Virus record (IMG/VR): IMGVR_UViG_3300028175_000001
Origin: a virus
Reading direction: 5' to 3' (one strand)
DNA: 64,000 bases
Every line of letters starts with the position of its first letter. Position 1 is the first letter of the stretch. The notes below the pieces were generated by a model. The model was not told the origin of the DNA. It saw only the letters and a list, made by a program, of their open reading frames with translations, and did no database searches. The position numbers were made by a program, and so were the translations under genes. This document shows positions 25,123 through 34,250 of the stretch, in pieces.

Positions 25123-28100
25123 ATTTTCACTTCAACAAATCCAGCATCACTATCAGACAATGCTATTCCAATTAAATCGTGTTTATGTGATTTATATTCA
25201 TATTTAGTTATAGATTTTCCTGCACCATCATTATAAGCCATAATAAGGTCCCCTTTAACACATCTTCCCACAATCTTAACTAATATTCTTCCGGTCAAAC
25301 AAATAAAGATCATAAATTCATTTTTTCTCTGTTCCATACTATCATTCATCCTCAATCCAGGATTATCTGAAACAACACCAGCATAAGGCATTTCAGCTTG
25401 ATATAGAGTAACTTCTTTTTCTCCTCCAATTGATAAAACAGTTCCTGGATCATATACCAAATCAGACTCATATCTCTCGGCCAAGTCAGACCAACTCGCT
25501 GATGTTGCTCTTCCATTAAATGTAACCGCATACATATCGTTATATACCATTGTAGATGTACCGATATCGTGTGTATTATTTGCGACAGGAACAATGGCCT
25601 TAGTTGTCATTGTTCCATCAAAACCAGAAGTTCCATATACTTTTAAAGCTGATAATCCAGTCACTCCACTTGAAGAAAAAATAGCACCATTAAAATACAA
25701 TTCTGTTGGTGTAGTAATATCATTTACTCTATATCCAGAATACGCTCCAAGCGAAGATGATGATGCATAATATTGAACATATCCAGCGGCTCCTGCTGGA
25801 CTGGTCGGCGCTCCATCAGCTCCAGAACTTCCAGCAGAGCCAGATGTTCCAGCAGTACCAGCACTTCCTGCACTTCCAGCAGAACCAGATGATGCATATG
25901 TTAATCCAGAAGAACCAGCAGTCCCAGACGTTCCAGAAGAACCAGCAGAGCCAGAAGTTCCCGCAGATCCAGACGTTCCAGCAGAACCAGAAGAACCAGA
26001 AGAACCAGCAGTACCAGATGATCCAGAAGTTCCAGAACTTCCTTCTCCAAAAGTTAATGCCGCCCAACCAGATATTGCAGTAGCAAAAACTAATTTAGCG
26101 GTATTTGAACTAATATAACGAATTGATTCTGGATAAATTACATCATAGTTAGAATCTACAACTTCAATATTTAAAGGTCTAACTCCTAAATTATGATTTA
26201 TTAACCAAACAGAACTTGCTGAACCTTGAACATGAATCCAGGAACCACCATCTTGACCAGAAGAACCAGCACTTCCAGCACTTCCTGCGGAACCCGCACT
26301 TCCTGCAGTTCCAGCAGAACCAGAAGAACCAGAAGAACCAGCAGTACCAGATGATCCAGAAGTTCCAGCAGAGCCAGATGATCCTGCACTTCCAGCACTT
26401 CCTGCACTTCCAGAAGAACCAGCAGAACCAGAAGAGCCAGCGGAACCAGATGTTCCAGCAGAGCCAGAAGTTCCAGCAGAGCCAGCACTACCAGCACTTC
26501 CTGCAGAACCAGCAGAACCAGCACTTCCAGCAGAGCCAGATGATCCAGATGATCCAGAAGTTCCAGCACTTCCAGAAGTCCCTGCGCTTCCAGCACTTCC
26601 AGCACTTCCAGCAGAGCCAGCACTTCCTGCAGTTCCAGCACTTCCAGAAGAACCCGCAGAACCAGCAGAACCAGAAGATGCATATGTTAATCCAGAAGAA
26701 CCAGAGGAACCAGTAGAACCAGCAGAGCCAGCAGAGCCAGATGATCCTGCACTTCCTGCACTTCCAGAAGAACCAGCACTTCCAGCACTTCCAGCAGAAC
26801 CTGCACTTCCAGCACTTCCAGCAGAGCCAGCACTTCCTGCACTTCCTGCAGAGCCAGATGATCCAGCACTTCCAGCACTTCCTGCGGAACCCGCACTTCC
26901 TGCAGTTCCAGCAGAACCAGAAGAACCAGCAGAACCAGATGTTCCAGCAGAGCCAGAAGTTCCAGCAGAGCCAGATGATCCTGCACTTCCAGCACTTCCT
27001 GCACTTCCAGAAGAACCAGCAGAACCAGAAGAACCAGCAGAACCAGATGTTCCAGCAGAGCCAGAAGTTCCAGCAGAGCCAGCACTACCAGCACTTCCTG
27101 CAGAACCAGCAGAACCAGCACTTCCAGCAGAGCCAGATGATCCAGATGATCCAGAAGTTCCAGCACTACCAGCACTTCCTGCAGAACCAGCAGAACCAGC
27201 ACTTCCAGCAGAGCCAGATGATCCAGATGATCCAGAAGTTCCAGCGGTACCAGAATCACCAGTTCTTGCGAATGAAGCAACAATTTCAGTATTGTTTTGA
27301 AAATTATTTAATGAAGAATCTAAAAATGTAACATCCACATAATACCATGAGGGATTTGTGGTATCAAATTCATTAATGCTGTATAAGAAATACTTTTCAG
27401 GAGCTGATTTATCATAAATTCGAAAATGGCCTTTTGGAACACTAAAAGCAACATCATCAATTGTCTGTAAGAAAGAATCAATTGTCGTGCCATCTTGATC
27501 AGTATCACTTATTCTCAATCTATTAGCAGTAGTGGGATATGTAAAAGCACCAGTAGTTAATGTAAATGCCAATTTACCCGTACCTGGATCATTCGTTGAT
27601 TGATCTGTACTGTAACGATATGCAAATGAAGCACCCCCAAAACCACCATCATGTCCAGATGAACCAGAAGTACCAACAGTCCCAGAACTTCCAGAACTTC
27701 CAGCAGAACCAGATGTTCCAGATGATCCAGAAGTTCCAACACTTCCAGAAGAACCCGCAGAACCAGCAGAACCAGAAGATGCATATGTCAATCCAGAAGA
27801 ACCAGCAGAACCAGATGTTCCAGCAGAACCAGATGTTCCAGATGATCCAGAAGTTCCAGCACTTCCTGCAGAACCAGCAGAACCAGCAGAACCAGCACTT
27901 CCAGCAGAGCCAGCACTTCCTGCAGTTCCAGCACTTCCAGAAGAACCAGCAGAACCAGAAGAACCAGAAGATGCATATGTCAATCCAGAAGAACCAGCAG
28001 AACCAGAAGTACCAATTGGACCATCAGCTCCAGATGATCCAGAAGTTCCAGCACTTCCAGCAGAACCCGCAGAACCCGCAGTTCCAGAAATTCCAGAAGA

Positions 28101-29015
28101 ACCAGCACTTCCAGCAGAGCCAGCACTTCCTGCAGAACCAGTACTTCCAGAAGAACCTGCAGTTCCAGAAGTTCCCGCAGTTCCAGAAATTCCAGAAGAA
28201 CCAGATGTTCCAGATGATCCTGCACTTCCAGCACTTCCTGCACTTCCAGAAGAACCAGCAGAACCAGAAGTACCAATTGGACCATCAGCTCCAGATGATC
28301 CAGAAGTTCCAGCAGAGCCAGAAGAAGCATATGTCAATCCAGAAGAACCAGCAGAACCAGAAGTTCCAATTGGACCATCAGCACCAGAAGTTCCAGATGT
28401 TCCAGCAGAGCCAGCACTTCCCGCAGAACCCGCAGTTCCAGAAATTCCAGAAGAACCAGCACTTCCAGCAGAACCAGAAGATGCATATGTCAAGCCAGAA
28501 CTTCCGGAACTACCCGCACTTCCGGAAGAAGTATCCCCTCCTCCGCCTCCACCAGATTCTCCCCAACCACTTCCACCGGCCACTCGTTGGGCAGTTAAAG
28601 TGGCTTTTTTACTAATCTTTTTAACAACTTCTTTAAAATTATCTAACTCTTTTACGAGTTTAGTTACATCAGCATCATCACCAGATTCTCCCTTTTCTCC
28701 CATTGGTCCTATAGGTCCAATATCTCCTAAATCTCCCCTAGGACCCTGAACACCTTGTGGACCAATTCTTCCTGATATTCCTTTAACGCCCACTTCGCCA
28801 GCAAGCCCCTTTTCGCCCTTTTCTCCCTTTTCTCCCTTAGGACCTACAGTGCCTTTAATTTCAAGAACTTTAACTGTTTCACCAGTAACAGGATCTAAAA
28901 TTTCTTTTATATCCTCTACAAGTTCTTCTTTAGTTTTTTTTAATTGTTTTTTAGTATAAGCAAGAGAAGTTGCTAGAACCTTACTTAAATCTAAATCTTT
29001 TTGATCGTCTTTCAT
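25119..29015 (-). CDS. Gly-X-Y repeat fibre protein: collagen-like N-terminus, long G-S/T-A/S tracts, C-terminal intramolecular chaperone-like domain
   Basis: GPKGEKGEKG collagen segment; hundreds of GSA/GSS/GTS triplets interrupted by two globular inserts; C-terminal DLAERY..D..Y.PGTV..GGEKEVT...GVVS...GR..VK...KGD typical of fibre chaperone/autocleavage domains. Confidence 0.75.
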   Translation of the reverse strand: MKDDQKDLDLSKVLATSLAYTKKQLKKTKEELVEDIKEILDPVTGETVKVLEIKGTVGPKGEKGEKGEKGLAGEVGVKGISGRIGPQGVQGPRGDLGDIGPIGPMGEKGESGDDADVTKLVKELDNFKEVVKKISKKATLTAQRVAGGSGWGESGGGGGGDTSSGSAGSSGSSGLTYASSGSAGSAGSSGISGTAGSAGSAGSAGTSGTSGADGPIGTSGSAGSSGLTYASSGSAGTSGSSGADGPIGTSGSAGSSGSAGSAGSAGSSGTSGSSGISGTAGTSGTAGSSGSTGSAGSAGSAGSAGSSGISGTAGSAGSAGSAGTSGSSGADGPIGTSGSAGSSGLTYASSGSSGSAGSSGSAGTAGSAGSAGSAGSAGSAGSAGSAGTSGSSGTSGSAGTSGSAGSSGLTYASSGSAGSAGSSGSVGTSGSSGTSGSAGSSGSSGTVGTSGSSGHDGGFGGASFAYRYSTDQSTNDPGTGKLAFTLTTGAFTYPTTANRLRISDTDQDGTTIDSFLQTIDDVAFSVPKGHFRIYDKSAPEKYFLYSINEFDTTNPSWYYVDVTFLDSSLNNFQNNTEIVASFARTGDSGTAGTSGSSGSSGSAGSAGSAGSAGSAGSAGTSGSSGSSGSAGSAGSAGSAGSAGSAGSAGTSGSAGTSGSAGSSGSAGSSGSAGSAGSAGSSGSAGTSGSAGTSGSAGSSGSAGTAGSAGSAGSAGSAGSSGSAGSAGSAGSAGSAGSAGSAGSAGSAGSSGSAGSAGSSGSAGSAGSTGSSGSSGLTYASSGSAGSAGSSGSAGTAGSAGSAGSAGSAGSAGTSGSAGTSGSSGSSGSAGSAGSAGSAGSAGSAGSAGTSGSAGTSGSAGSSGSAGSSGSAGSAGSAGSSGSAGTSGSSGTAGSSGSSGSAGTAGSAGSAGSAGSAGSSGQDGGSWIHVQGSASSVWLINHNLGVRPLNIEVVDSNYDVIYPESIRYISSNTAKLVFATAISGWAALTFGEGSSGTSGSSGTAGSSGSSGSAGTSGSAGTSGSAGSSGTSGTAGSSGLTYASSGSAGSAGSAGTAGTSGSAGSSGADGAPTSPAGAAGYVQYYASSSSLGAYSGYRVNDITTPTELYFNGAIFSSSGVTGLSALKVYGTSGFDGTMTTKAIVPVANNTHDIGTSTMVYNDMYAVTFNGRATSASWSDLAERYESDLVYDPGTVLSIGGEKEVTLYQAEMPYAGVVSDNPGLRMNDSMEQRKNEFMIFICLTGRILVKIVGRCVKGDLIMAYNDGAGKSITKYEYKSHKHDLIGIALSDSDAGFVEVKI
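25790..28560 (-). repeat. 9-bp-period coding repeat tracts with larger internal duplications
   Basis: Plus-strand units such as CCAGCAGAA, CCAGCACTT and CCAGAAGAA; 26266..26570 recurs about 597 nt later. Confidence 0.9.
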
Positions 29016-29041
29016 TTATTATTCCTGCACTCATCTACGGA

Positions 29042-30724
29042 TCAATCTACAAAATTTTCATCATCTTCTAAAACAGAAAAAAGAATATCATTTACTTTAT
29101 CTTTAATATCATTTTCTTTTTTCGCAAATTCAAATTTTTCTTCAATCTTTTTATCAATATTTTCATTAATTTCTTGTTTATTGTGTGTATCTATTTTTAC
29201 AGAATTGAACTGCATATTATCTTCTCCCGAAAATCTAGGATCATCAGTTTCTTTTTGAATTTGCTCATCATTAGTTTTAATTTCATCATCGGTCATCATT
29301 AAAACATGTTTTCTAATATATTCATGAGACCAATATTTTCCAGCATATTCTTGTAAATCTCTTAAAATATTCAATCTATCTTGCATAAGTTCATTCTGTT
29401 TTATTTCTACAAAATGACTATCATTTTCAAATTCATAATATATTTCATTTTTAATATTCTTCCAATCTTCTTTAGACATTATTCCCCTGAGGATCAACTG
29501 TCTTTCCATCATTTCATCAAACAGTAAACTAAATCTACTTTGAAGTTTATTAACAAATCGTGTAAATTTAACTTCATCTCTTGAAATTTCAGTAGCACGA
29601 CCAATCGTATAGTTTGCTTCTGATTCAAGTCTAGAAATAGGAACACCTAGTGATTTATAAAGTTTTTTCTGAAAATATAATACATCTTCAATATCTCCAA
29701 GATTATTACCACCGGGCAAAGTTGTAATTTCTGTTCCTCTCCCACCCTCTCTTCTTGGCATCCAATAATCTTCAAGCATTGACATATGTTTTCTATCATC
29801 TCTAACCTCACCCGTTTGAGCATCATATACAAGTTTGTTTTTGTATCGTGTCATTAAATCACGCATGTATTGTTCTGCTTTTAACTTGGGTAAATTTCCA
29901 ACATCAACATAAAAAATTCTTCTCTCTGGGGCTCGTGAAATACGATAAATTACGAGAGAATCCTCGATCATTCTTAATTGATTTAATGGTTTGATTGCTT
30001 TGTGTAGGTAGGACAAAACTAATGTACGTGTACTATTCATTAGTCCTGAATGTGTATATATAATCGCATCAGGAGCTATTTTTAAACCACTGGCGGCACT
30101 TGTAAAAGCAGTACCCATTGTCTGCCCCTGTGATTGATATATTCCTTTTTGATTATAAACATAATATTCCTCGACAGTAGTTTTTGAGGTACCATCAGAT
30201 TGTCTATCGGTTTTCTTTTCACGAATTTTCTTTATTTTTCTAGGGTCTAATACTCTTAATTCGTGAATTCCTTTTTCTAGATTATTTTCATCAACAACAA
30301 CATGATAATAAATTCGACCATCAATATACCATCTTTTAAAAACATCGTGTCCTAAATTTTGTAAATCTAGAAGTTTGCTTATTTGCTTAAATTCTACTCT
30401 TATTTTGTCTCTGATACTTTCAGAGATATTTAAGTTGTCTACATTAATTCTTACAAGGGGCTTGTCTTTGGAGGCTACAATGGCTTCATTAATTATATCA
30501 TCAATGGCATTTTCTACTTCTGCTTGAAGACCCATATCACGATATCTGTTTATTAACTCAGATTCGCTTTTTATGGCTCCTGCCTGATCGACATATGTTC
30601 CATAAGCACCACCAGATGCTACGGTTAATGATCCATCTTCATATTCTGGTTCAGCGAAGGTTTGGGCTTTTACGGTTTTCTTTTCGGTTTTTCCGAGCGA
30701 AAAACCGAACAATTCAATGGGCAT
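29042..30724 (-). CDS. gp20: Portal vertex protein gp20
   Basis: WYIDGRIYYH, LHKAIKPLNQLRMIEDSLVIYRISRAPERRIFYVDVGNLPK and EDYWMPRREGGRGTEITTLPGG. Confidence 0.98.
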   Translation of the reverse strand: MPIELFGFSLGKTEKKTVKAQTFAEPEYEDGSLTVASGGAYGTYVDQAGAIKSESELINRYRDMGLQAEVENAIDDIINEAIVASKDKPLVRINVDNLNISESIRDKIRVEFKQISKLLDLQNLGHDVFKRWYIDGRIYYHVVVDENNLEKGIHELRVLDPRKIKKIREKKTDRQSDGTSKTTVEEYYVYNQKGIYQSQGQTMGTAFTSAASGLKIAPDAIIYTHSGLMNSTRTLVLSYLHKAIKPLNQLRMIEDSLVIYRISRAPERRIFYVDVGNLPKLKAEQYMRDLMTRYKNKLVYDAQTGEVRDDRKHMSMLEDYWMPRREGGRGTEITTLPGGNNLGDIEDVLYFQKKLYKSLGVPISRLESEANYTIGRATEISRDEVKFTRFVNKLQSRFSLLFDEMMERQLILRGIMSKEDWKNIKNEIYYEFENDSHFVEIKQNELMQDRLNILRDLQEYAGKYWSHEYIRKHVLMMTDDEIKTNDEQIQKETDDPRFSGEDNMQFNSVKIDTHNKQEINENIDKKIEEKFEFAKKENDIKDKVNDILFSVLEDDENFVD

Positions 30725-30737
30725 GATATTTCCTGAA

Positions 30738-30790
30738 TGCGAGTGAGTAAAAATAATACAATACTATTAATTTATATTTATTCACTCGCA
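30738..30790. promoter_or_regulatory. Inverted repeat in the gp19-gp20 intergenic region, overlapping a late-promoter-like AATAAATA
   Basis: TGCGAGTGAGTAAA (30738-30751) versus TTTATTCACTCGCA (30777-30790), 13 of 14 positions complementary. Confidence 0.55.
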
Positions 30791-30810
30791 AAATCAGAAA
30801 ATTGAGATTT

Positions 30811-31398
30811 TTATGCAGAGGCACCAATAGAAATAGTATCCGCTGTTCCTTTACCGCCTGTTTGACTGCTCTTTGTTCGACTCCAGTAATCATAAGAGAA
30901 AGTTACGGTATATTCTTCAATAGTATCGTTATCTCCCCAATCAAGAGTGATTTCTGAAAGATCAGTTGGAAACATACCATGAAAGCTATATGATGCAGTT
31001 ACTTTTGAACTACCAGATTTACTAAATTGTTGAACGTTCCCCACTAATGCATAAGCACTAGATGAATCACCCGTTTGTCTTGTATTCGTAACATGATCGT
31101 TTATACCGTTCATCCACTTTTCAAATTGCGATCTTATAGCAAAATTTTCATCATTAATAACTGTTATTGTCCATTCTGGAAAAGTTCTATTTCCTGCTAA
31201 TTTAACTTCTCTACCAAAATAAGGAACCACAACAGTTCCTATTGTGGTACCGGGTATTGAGGTCCCTTTAGCAAACAGGTTTATATCAGTTCCATTAAAA
31301 AAACTAGCGGAACCATGTGGAATCTTAACCTCAAATAAATTAGGTCTTTGACCATCATAGACCAGGGCCTGTCTAAAAGTTGTTATATCGAATGCCAT
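30811..31398 (-). CDS. gp19: Tail tube protein gp19
   Basis: RPNLFEV, PYFGREVKLAGNRTFPEWTITVINDENF and IEEYTVTFSYDYW. Confidence 0.96.
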   Translation of the reverse strand: MAFDITTFRQALVYDGQRPNLFEVKIPHGSASFFNGTDINLFAKGTSIPGTTIGTVVVPYFGREVKLAGNRTFPEWTITVINDENFAIRSQFEKWMNGINDHVTNTRQTGDSSSAYALVGNVQQFSKSGSSKVTASYSFHGMFPTDLSEITLDWGDNDTIEEYTVTFSYDYWSRTKSSQTGGKGTADTISIGASA

Positions 31399-31409
31399 CT
31401 ATTTTCTCC

Positions 31410-33731
31410 TTAAATTGCGTTGACTACTTCAGAAAATTCAACTCCTGAAGCCACTGCGACAAAGTTTAATCCAATGAAATTAATTGATTTAGTCGGCTTG
31501 ATAAAAATATCTCCCCTAAACTCATTTCTATTTATCACCACAGGTGTATTATTTGTGCTGTCACATATTACTTTAAAATCCTCTATTCCCCTTTGTGACT
31601 GAATATCCCTTAAAAAAGGTTCTATCATAGAAACAAAATTTAATCGTGTAAAATCATCATTAAATTCAAACAATAAATTTTCAGCGGCATTTGCTATAGC
31701 TTTTTCTAAAATAATAAACAATCTTCGTACATTAATTCTATCAAAAGAAGATGGCCTCGCTAACATTGTTTTATCACCAAATAAAATTTTACCTTTTCCA
31801 GGAAATGATGCTATTGGATTAATACCATTTATATACAGATCGTCTCTTTCCCCTCTATTGGGAACAAATGCTAAAAATTCTGCTCCTTTTATATTTCCTC
31901 TGGCAAACCCCGCAGGCGAAACATAAGGATTAACATTATCCGCTTGGGCGCAAATTCCAGCAACATCAGCATTGAATGGAATCCATCTATAAACAGAGTT
32001 ATACCTGTCAAATATGTATTTGTAATTTCCATCCATAACAGCATAACTTGTGCTTGGTAAAGTATTTCTTCTAGCAACTATATTTGTTATTTCAGAACCT
32101 TCTTTATTTACAACATCTGACTCTTCCGGAGAAATAAACACAACACAATCTTTTCTGGTTTCTGCTATTTCATTAATTAAATAGGTAGCTAAAGTATTTG
32201 ATGCTTCCCCCGAAATCAATAAAGAAATATTTATTTTCGCAGGATCTTTGAAATAACTATAAGCAGTAATTTCATCTGAAGATGAAGAACTATGTCCATC
32301 AACACCGCCCGACATACTAGCAGTCATAATTCCGTTTGCACCAGAATCACTAAATGCTCCGGGAAAACTAGCTGAATCATTTCCTGTGACAATAGTAGCA
32401 CCCCAATCATAAGTAATTTTATTAGATCCGGCATCAAGAGGAGCATCTCCTGTACTATCGTGATCTGTCCATCTTATATAATTAGAAGAATTGTTTATTG
32501 CATCTTTATAATAGAGAGTTTGACCGGTAGTTCCTGTGGCACCATTTGCTACAGATACACCTTCATATTTTTCAATGACTTGTTTTTCTGGATTATTTCC
32601 GCGAACATCTTTTGATCCTAAAATTTCACCACCTTCATCTACTATTGCAACATGTATTTCATCTCCAACAGATGCCGATCCAGTAATATTATAAGCATAC
32701 ACACTTGTAAGAGGCGCAGATCCAAAATCAGACGCAAATTCCCATTCCCTTTTCCAGGTACCACCATATAAAGCGGCTGTTGTTACCGCCCTATCTAATT
32801 TAGTTGCAACGCCCATTGACGTTGAATTTGTAATAGACGATATTCTTCTTTTATTCTCTACTCCATCATCATCTTTAAAGGTAATAATGTCTCCTAAATG
32901 CAATTGCCGAGTAAAATTAGTATCTGTTCCTGTAATAGTAGTTGATCCTGCAGAGACAGAAAGATTACCAAGCATATTTACTGCTGGCTCTTCGAAGGCA
33001 GATCTTTTTTTTCTTACAAGACTTGCACCTGACATAGCGACATCATCCCCCATACCCGTAGTCTCTAGTCCACCAGTGGCCTGTGAAATTGTTATTGCGG
33101 TGTTAGACGTGATTGCCGTTACTATTCCGCTATTAGAACCATGAACAACTACATCACCAATTCTCAATTCTGTATCTGCTAATGTACCAACACCAGTAAG
33201 ACCTGTTGTAGCATTAGAATTGGACCATGTACCCGTAAGATTCCAGTCGGTGCTACTTGCATGAGAAACAGTGCCATCAGAAGCATTAACTTGTGTACTT
33301 GTTCTATCCGCAACACACATAGAAACTTTTATTGAATTACCAAGTGTTCCTGGATATTTTGACGTAAAACTTGTTCCTGAAGTTGTCGTGTCCTTATATG
33401 TATTTTGATATTCTTTATCATTGCGAATTAAAATTGCAGAACCACCTGATACTGCATTTTTAGCAGTCGATGTATTAGCCGCTCTAACAACTCTTAACTT
33501 ATTCGAATAACTCAAAAAACTTGTAGCACTAAAAAACGTTTTATACGTATTAGCATTCGGTTTTCCAAACACACCAACCATTTCATCTTCAGAAGTAATT
33601 AATGTAGCAACCTCCAAGGGCCCCCATGTTAAGTTACCTGCTATTGCACCATCTGAAATAGAAGGAATAGGAACTCTAGTAGTTAAATCGATCTCTGCTA
33701 CGGCTACGCCTGGGCTAACTTGAAATGCCAT
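31410..33731 (-). CDS. gp18: Tail sheath protein gp18
   Basis: MAFQVSPGV, FGKP, SPAGFARG, GDKT, FDRINVRRLF and FEFNDDFTR. Confidence 0.97.
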   Translation of the reverse strand: MAFQVSPGVAVAEIDLTTRVPIPSISDGAIAGNLTWGPLEVATLITSEDEMVGVFGKPNANTYKTFFSATSFLSYSNKLRVVRAANTSTAKNAVSGGSAILIRNDKEYQNTYKDTTTSGTSFTSKYPGTLGNSIKVSMCVADRTSTQVNASDGTVSHASSTDWNLTGTWSNSNATTGLTGVGTLADTELRIGDVVVHGSNSGIVTAITSNTAITISQATGGLETTGMGDDVAMSGASLVRKKRSAFEEPAVNMLGNLSVSAGSTTITGTDTNFTRQLHLGDIITFKDDDGVENKRRISSITNSTSMGVATKLDRAVTTAALYGGTWKREWEFASDFGSAPLTSVYAYNITGSASVGDEIHVAIVDEGGEILGSKDVRGNNPEKQVIEKYEGVSVANGATGTTGQTLYYKDAINNSSNYIRWTDHDSTGDAPLDAGSNKITYDWGATIVTGNDSASFPGAFSDSGANGIMTASMSGGVDGHSSSSSDEITAYSYFKDPAKINISLLISGEASNTLATYLINEIAETRKDCVVFISPEESDVVNKEGSEITNIVARRNTLPSTSYAVMDGNYKYIFDRYNSVYRWIPFNADVAGICAQADNVNPYVSPAGFARGNIKGAEFLAFVPNRGERDDLYINGINPIASFPGKGKILFGDKTMLARPSSFDRINVRRLFIILEKAIANAAENLLFEFNDDFTRLNFVSMIEPFLRDIQSQRGIEDFKVICDSTNNTPVVINRNEFRGDIFIKPTKSINFIGLNFVAVASGVEFSEVVNAI

Positions 33732-33771
33732 ATTGTTTCTCCCCTAAATTATTAAAAAATTGCTTTCGTTA

Positions 33772-33779
33772 TATTTATA
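33772..33779 (-). promoter_or_regulatory. T4-type late promoter for gp18
   Basis: Exact TATAAATA about 40 nt upstream of the gp18 ATG, which has a GGGGAG SD. Confidence 0.8.
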
Positions 33780-33815
33780 TTTTAGCAGATTTTAGAAATG
33801 TTTTATTTATTCTAA

Positions 33816-33823
33816 TATAAATA
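33816..33823 (+). promoter_or_regulatory. T4-type late promoter immediately before the HNH gene
   Basis: TATAAATA ending 4 nt before the ATG at 33828. Confidence 0.65.
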
Positions 33824-33827
33824 AAAC

Positions 33828-34250
33828 ATGGAGAAAGCAAAATCGAGATTTGAAAAAAAAATTATAAAGACAAATGATTGCTGGTTTTGGGTTGCAAGTA
33901 AAACAAAACAGGGGTATGGTATGTTTTCGTATGAAGGAAAATCAATTCCTGCTCATAGATTTGCATATATTGCATATAATGGAGTCATTGAACAAAATAA
34001 AATAGTACACCAGTCTTGCAATAATACATACTGTGTAAATCCAAACCATTTATATTTAACTACAAAAAGCGAAACAAGGAACAGATTTTATGAACTAAGA
34101 ATTAATCCTGAAATGGTATTTAAAGAATCTGTGAGATATTTGGATAAATTGAAAAAACTGAGACCCGATTTAAAATCAAGTATAATTGAATTAATAAATC
34201 AAATAAAAGATCCTAAAAACATTCATCAAATCAATGTAGATAATCAGTAG
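33828..34250 (+). CDS. HNH homing-endonuclease-like protein (possibly degenerate)
   Basis: CWFW...GYGMF...AHRFAY...CNNTYCVNPNHL, the typical phage HNH layout; opposite strand, between gp17 and gp18. Confidence 0.8.
   Translation: MEKAKSRFEKKIIKTNDCWFWVASKTKQGYGMFSYEGKSIPAHRFAYIAYNGVIEQNKIVHQSCNNTYCVNPNHLYLTTKSETRNRFYELRINPEMVFKESVRYLDKLKKLRPDLKSSIIELINQIKDPKNIHQINVDNQ

Noticed and set aside
25352..28615. Many Q/F/N-rich or L/V/E-rich ORFs overlapping the fibre gene
   Set aside because: Stop-free shadow frames produced by the 9-bp repeat
25119..29015. Ice nucleation protein (InaZ-like)
   Set aside because: Lacks the AGYGSTxT octapeptide and 16/48-residue periodicity; the period is 3
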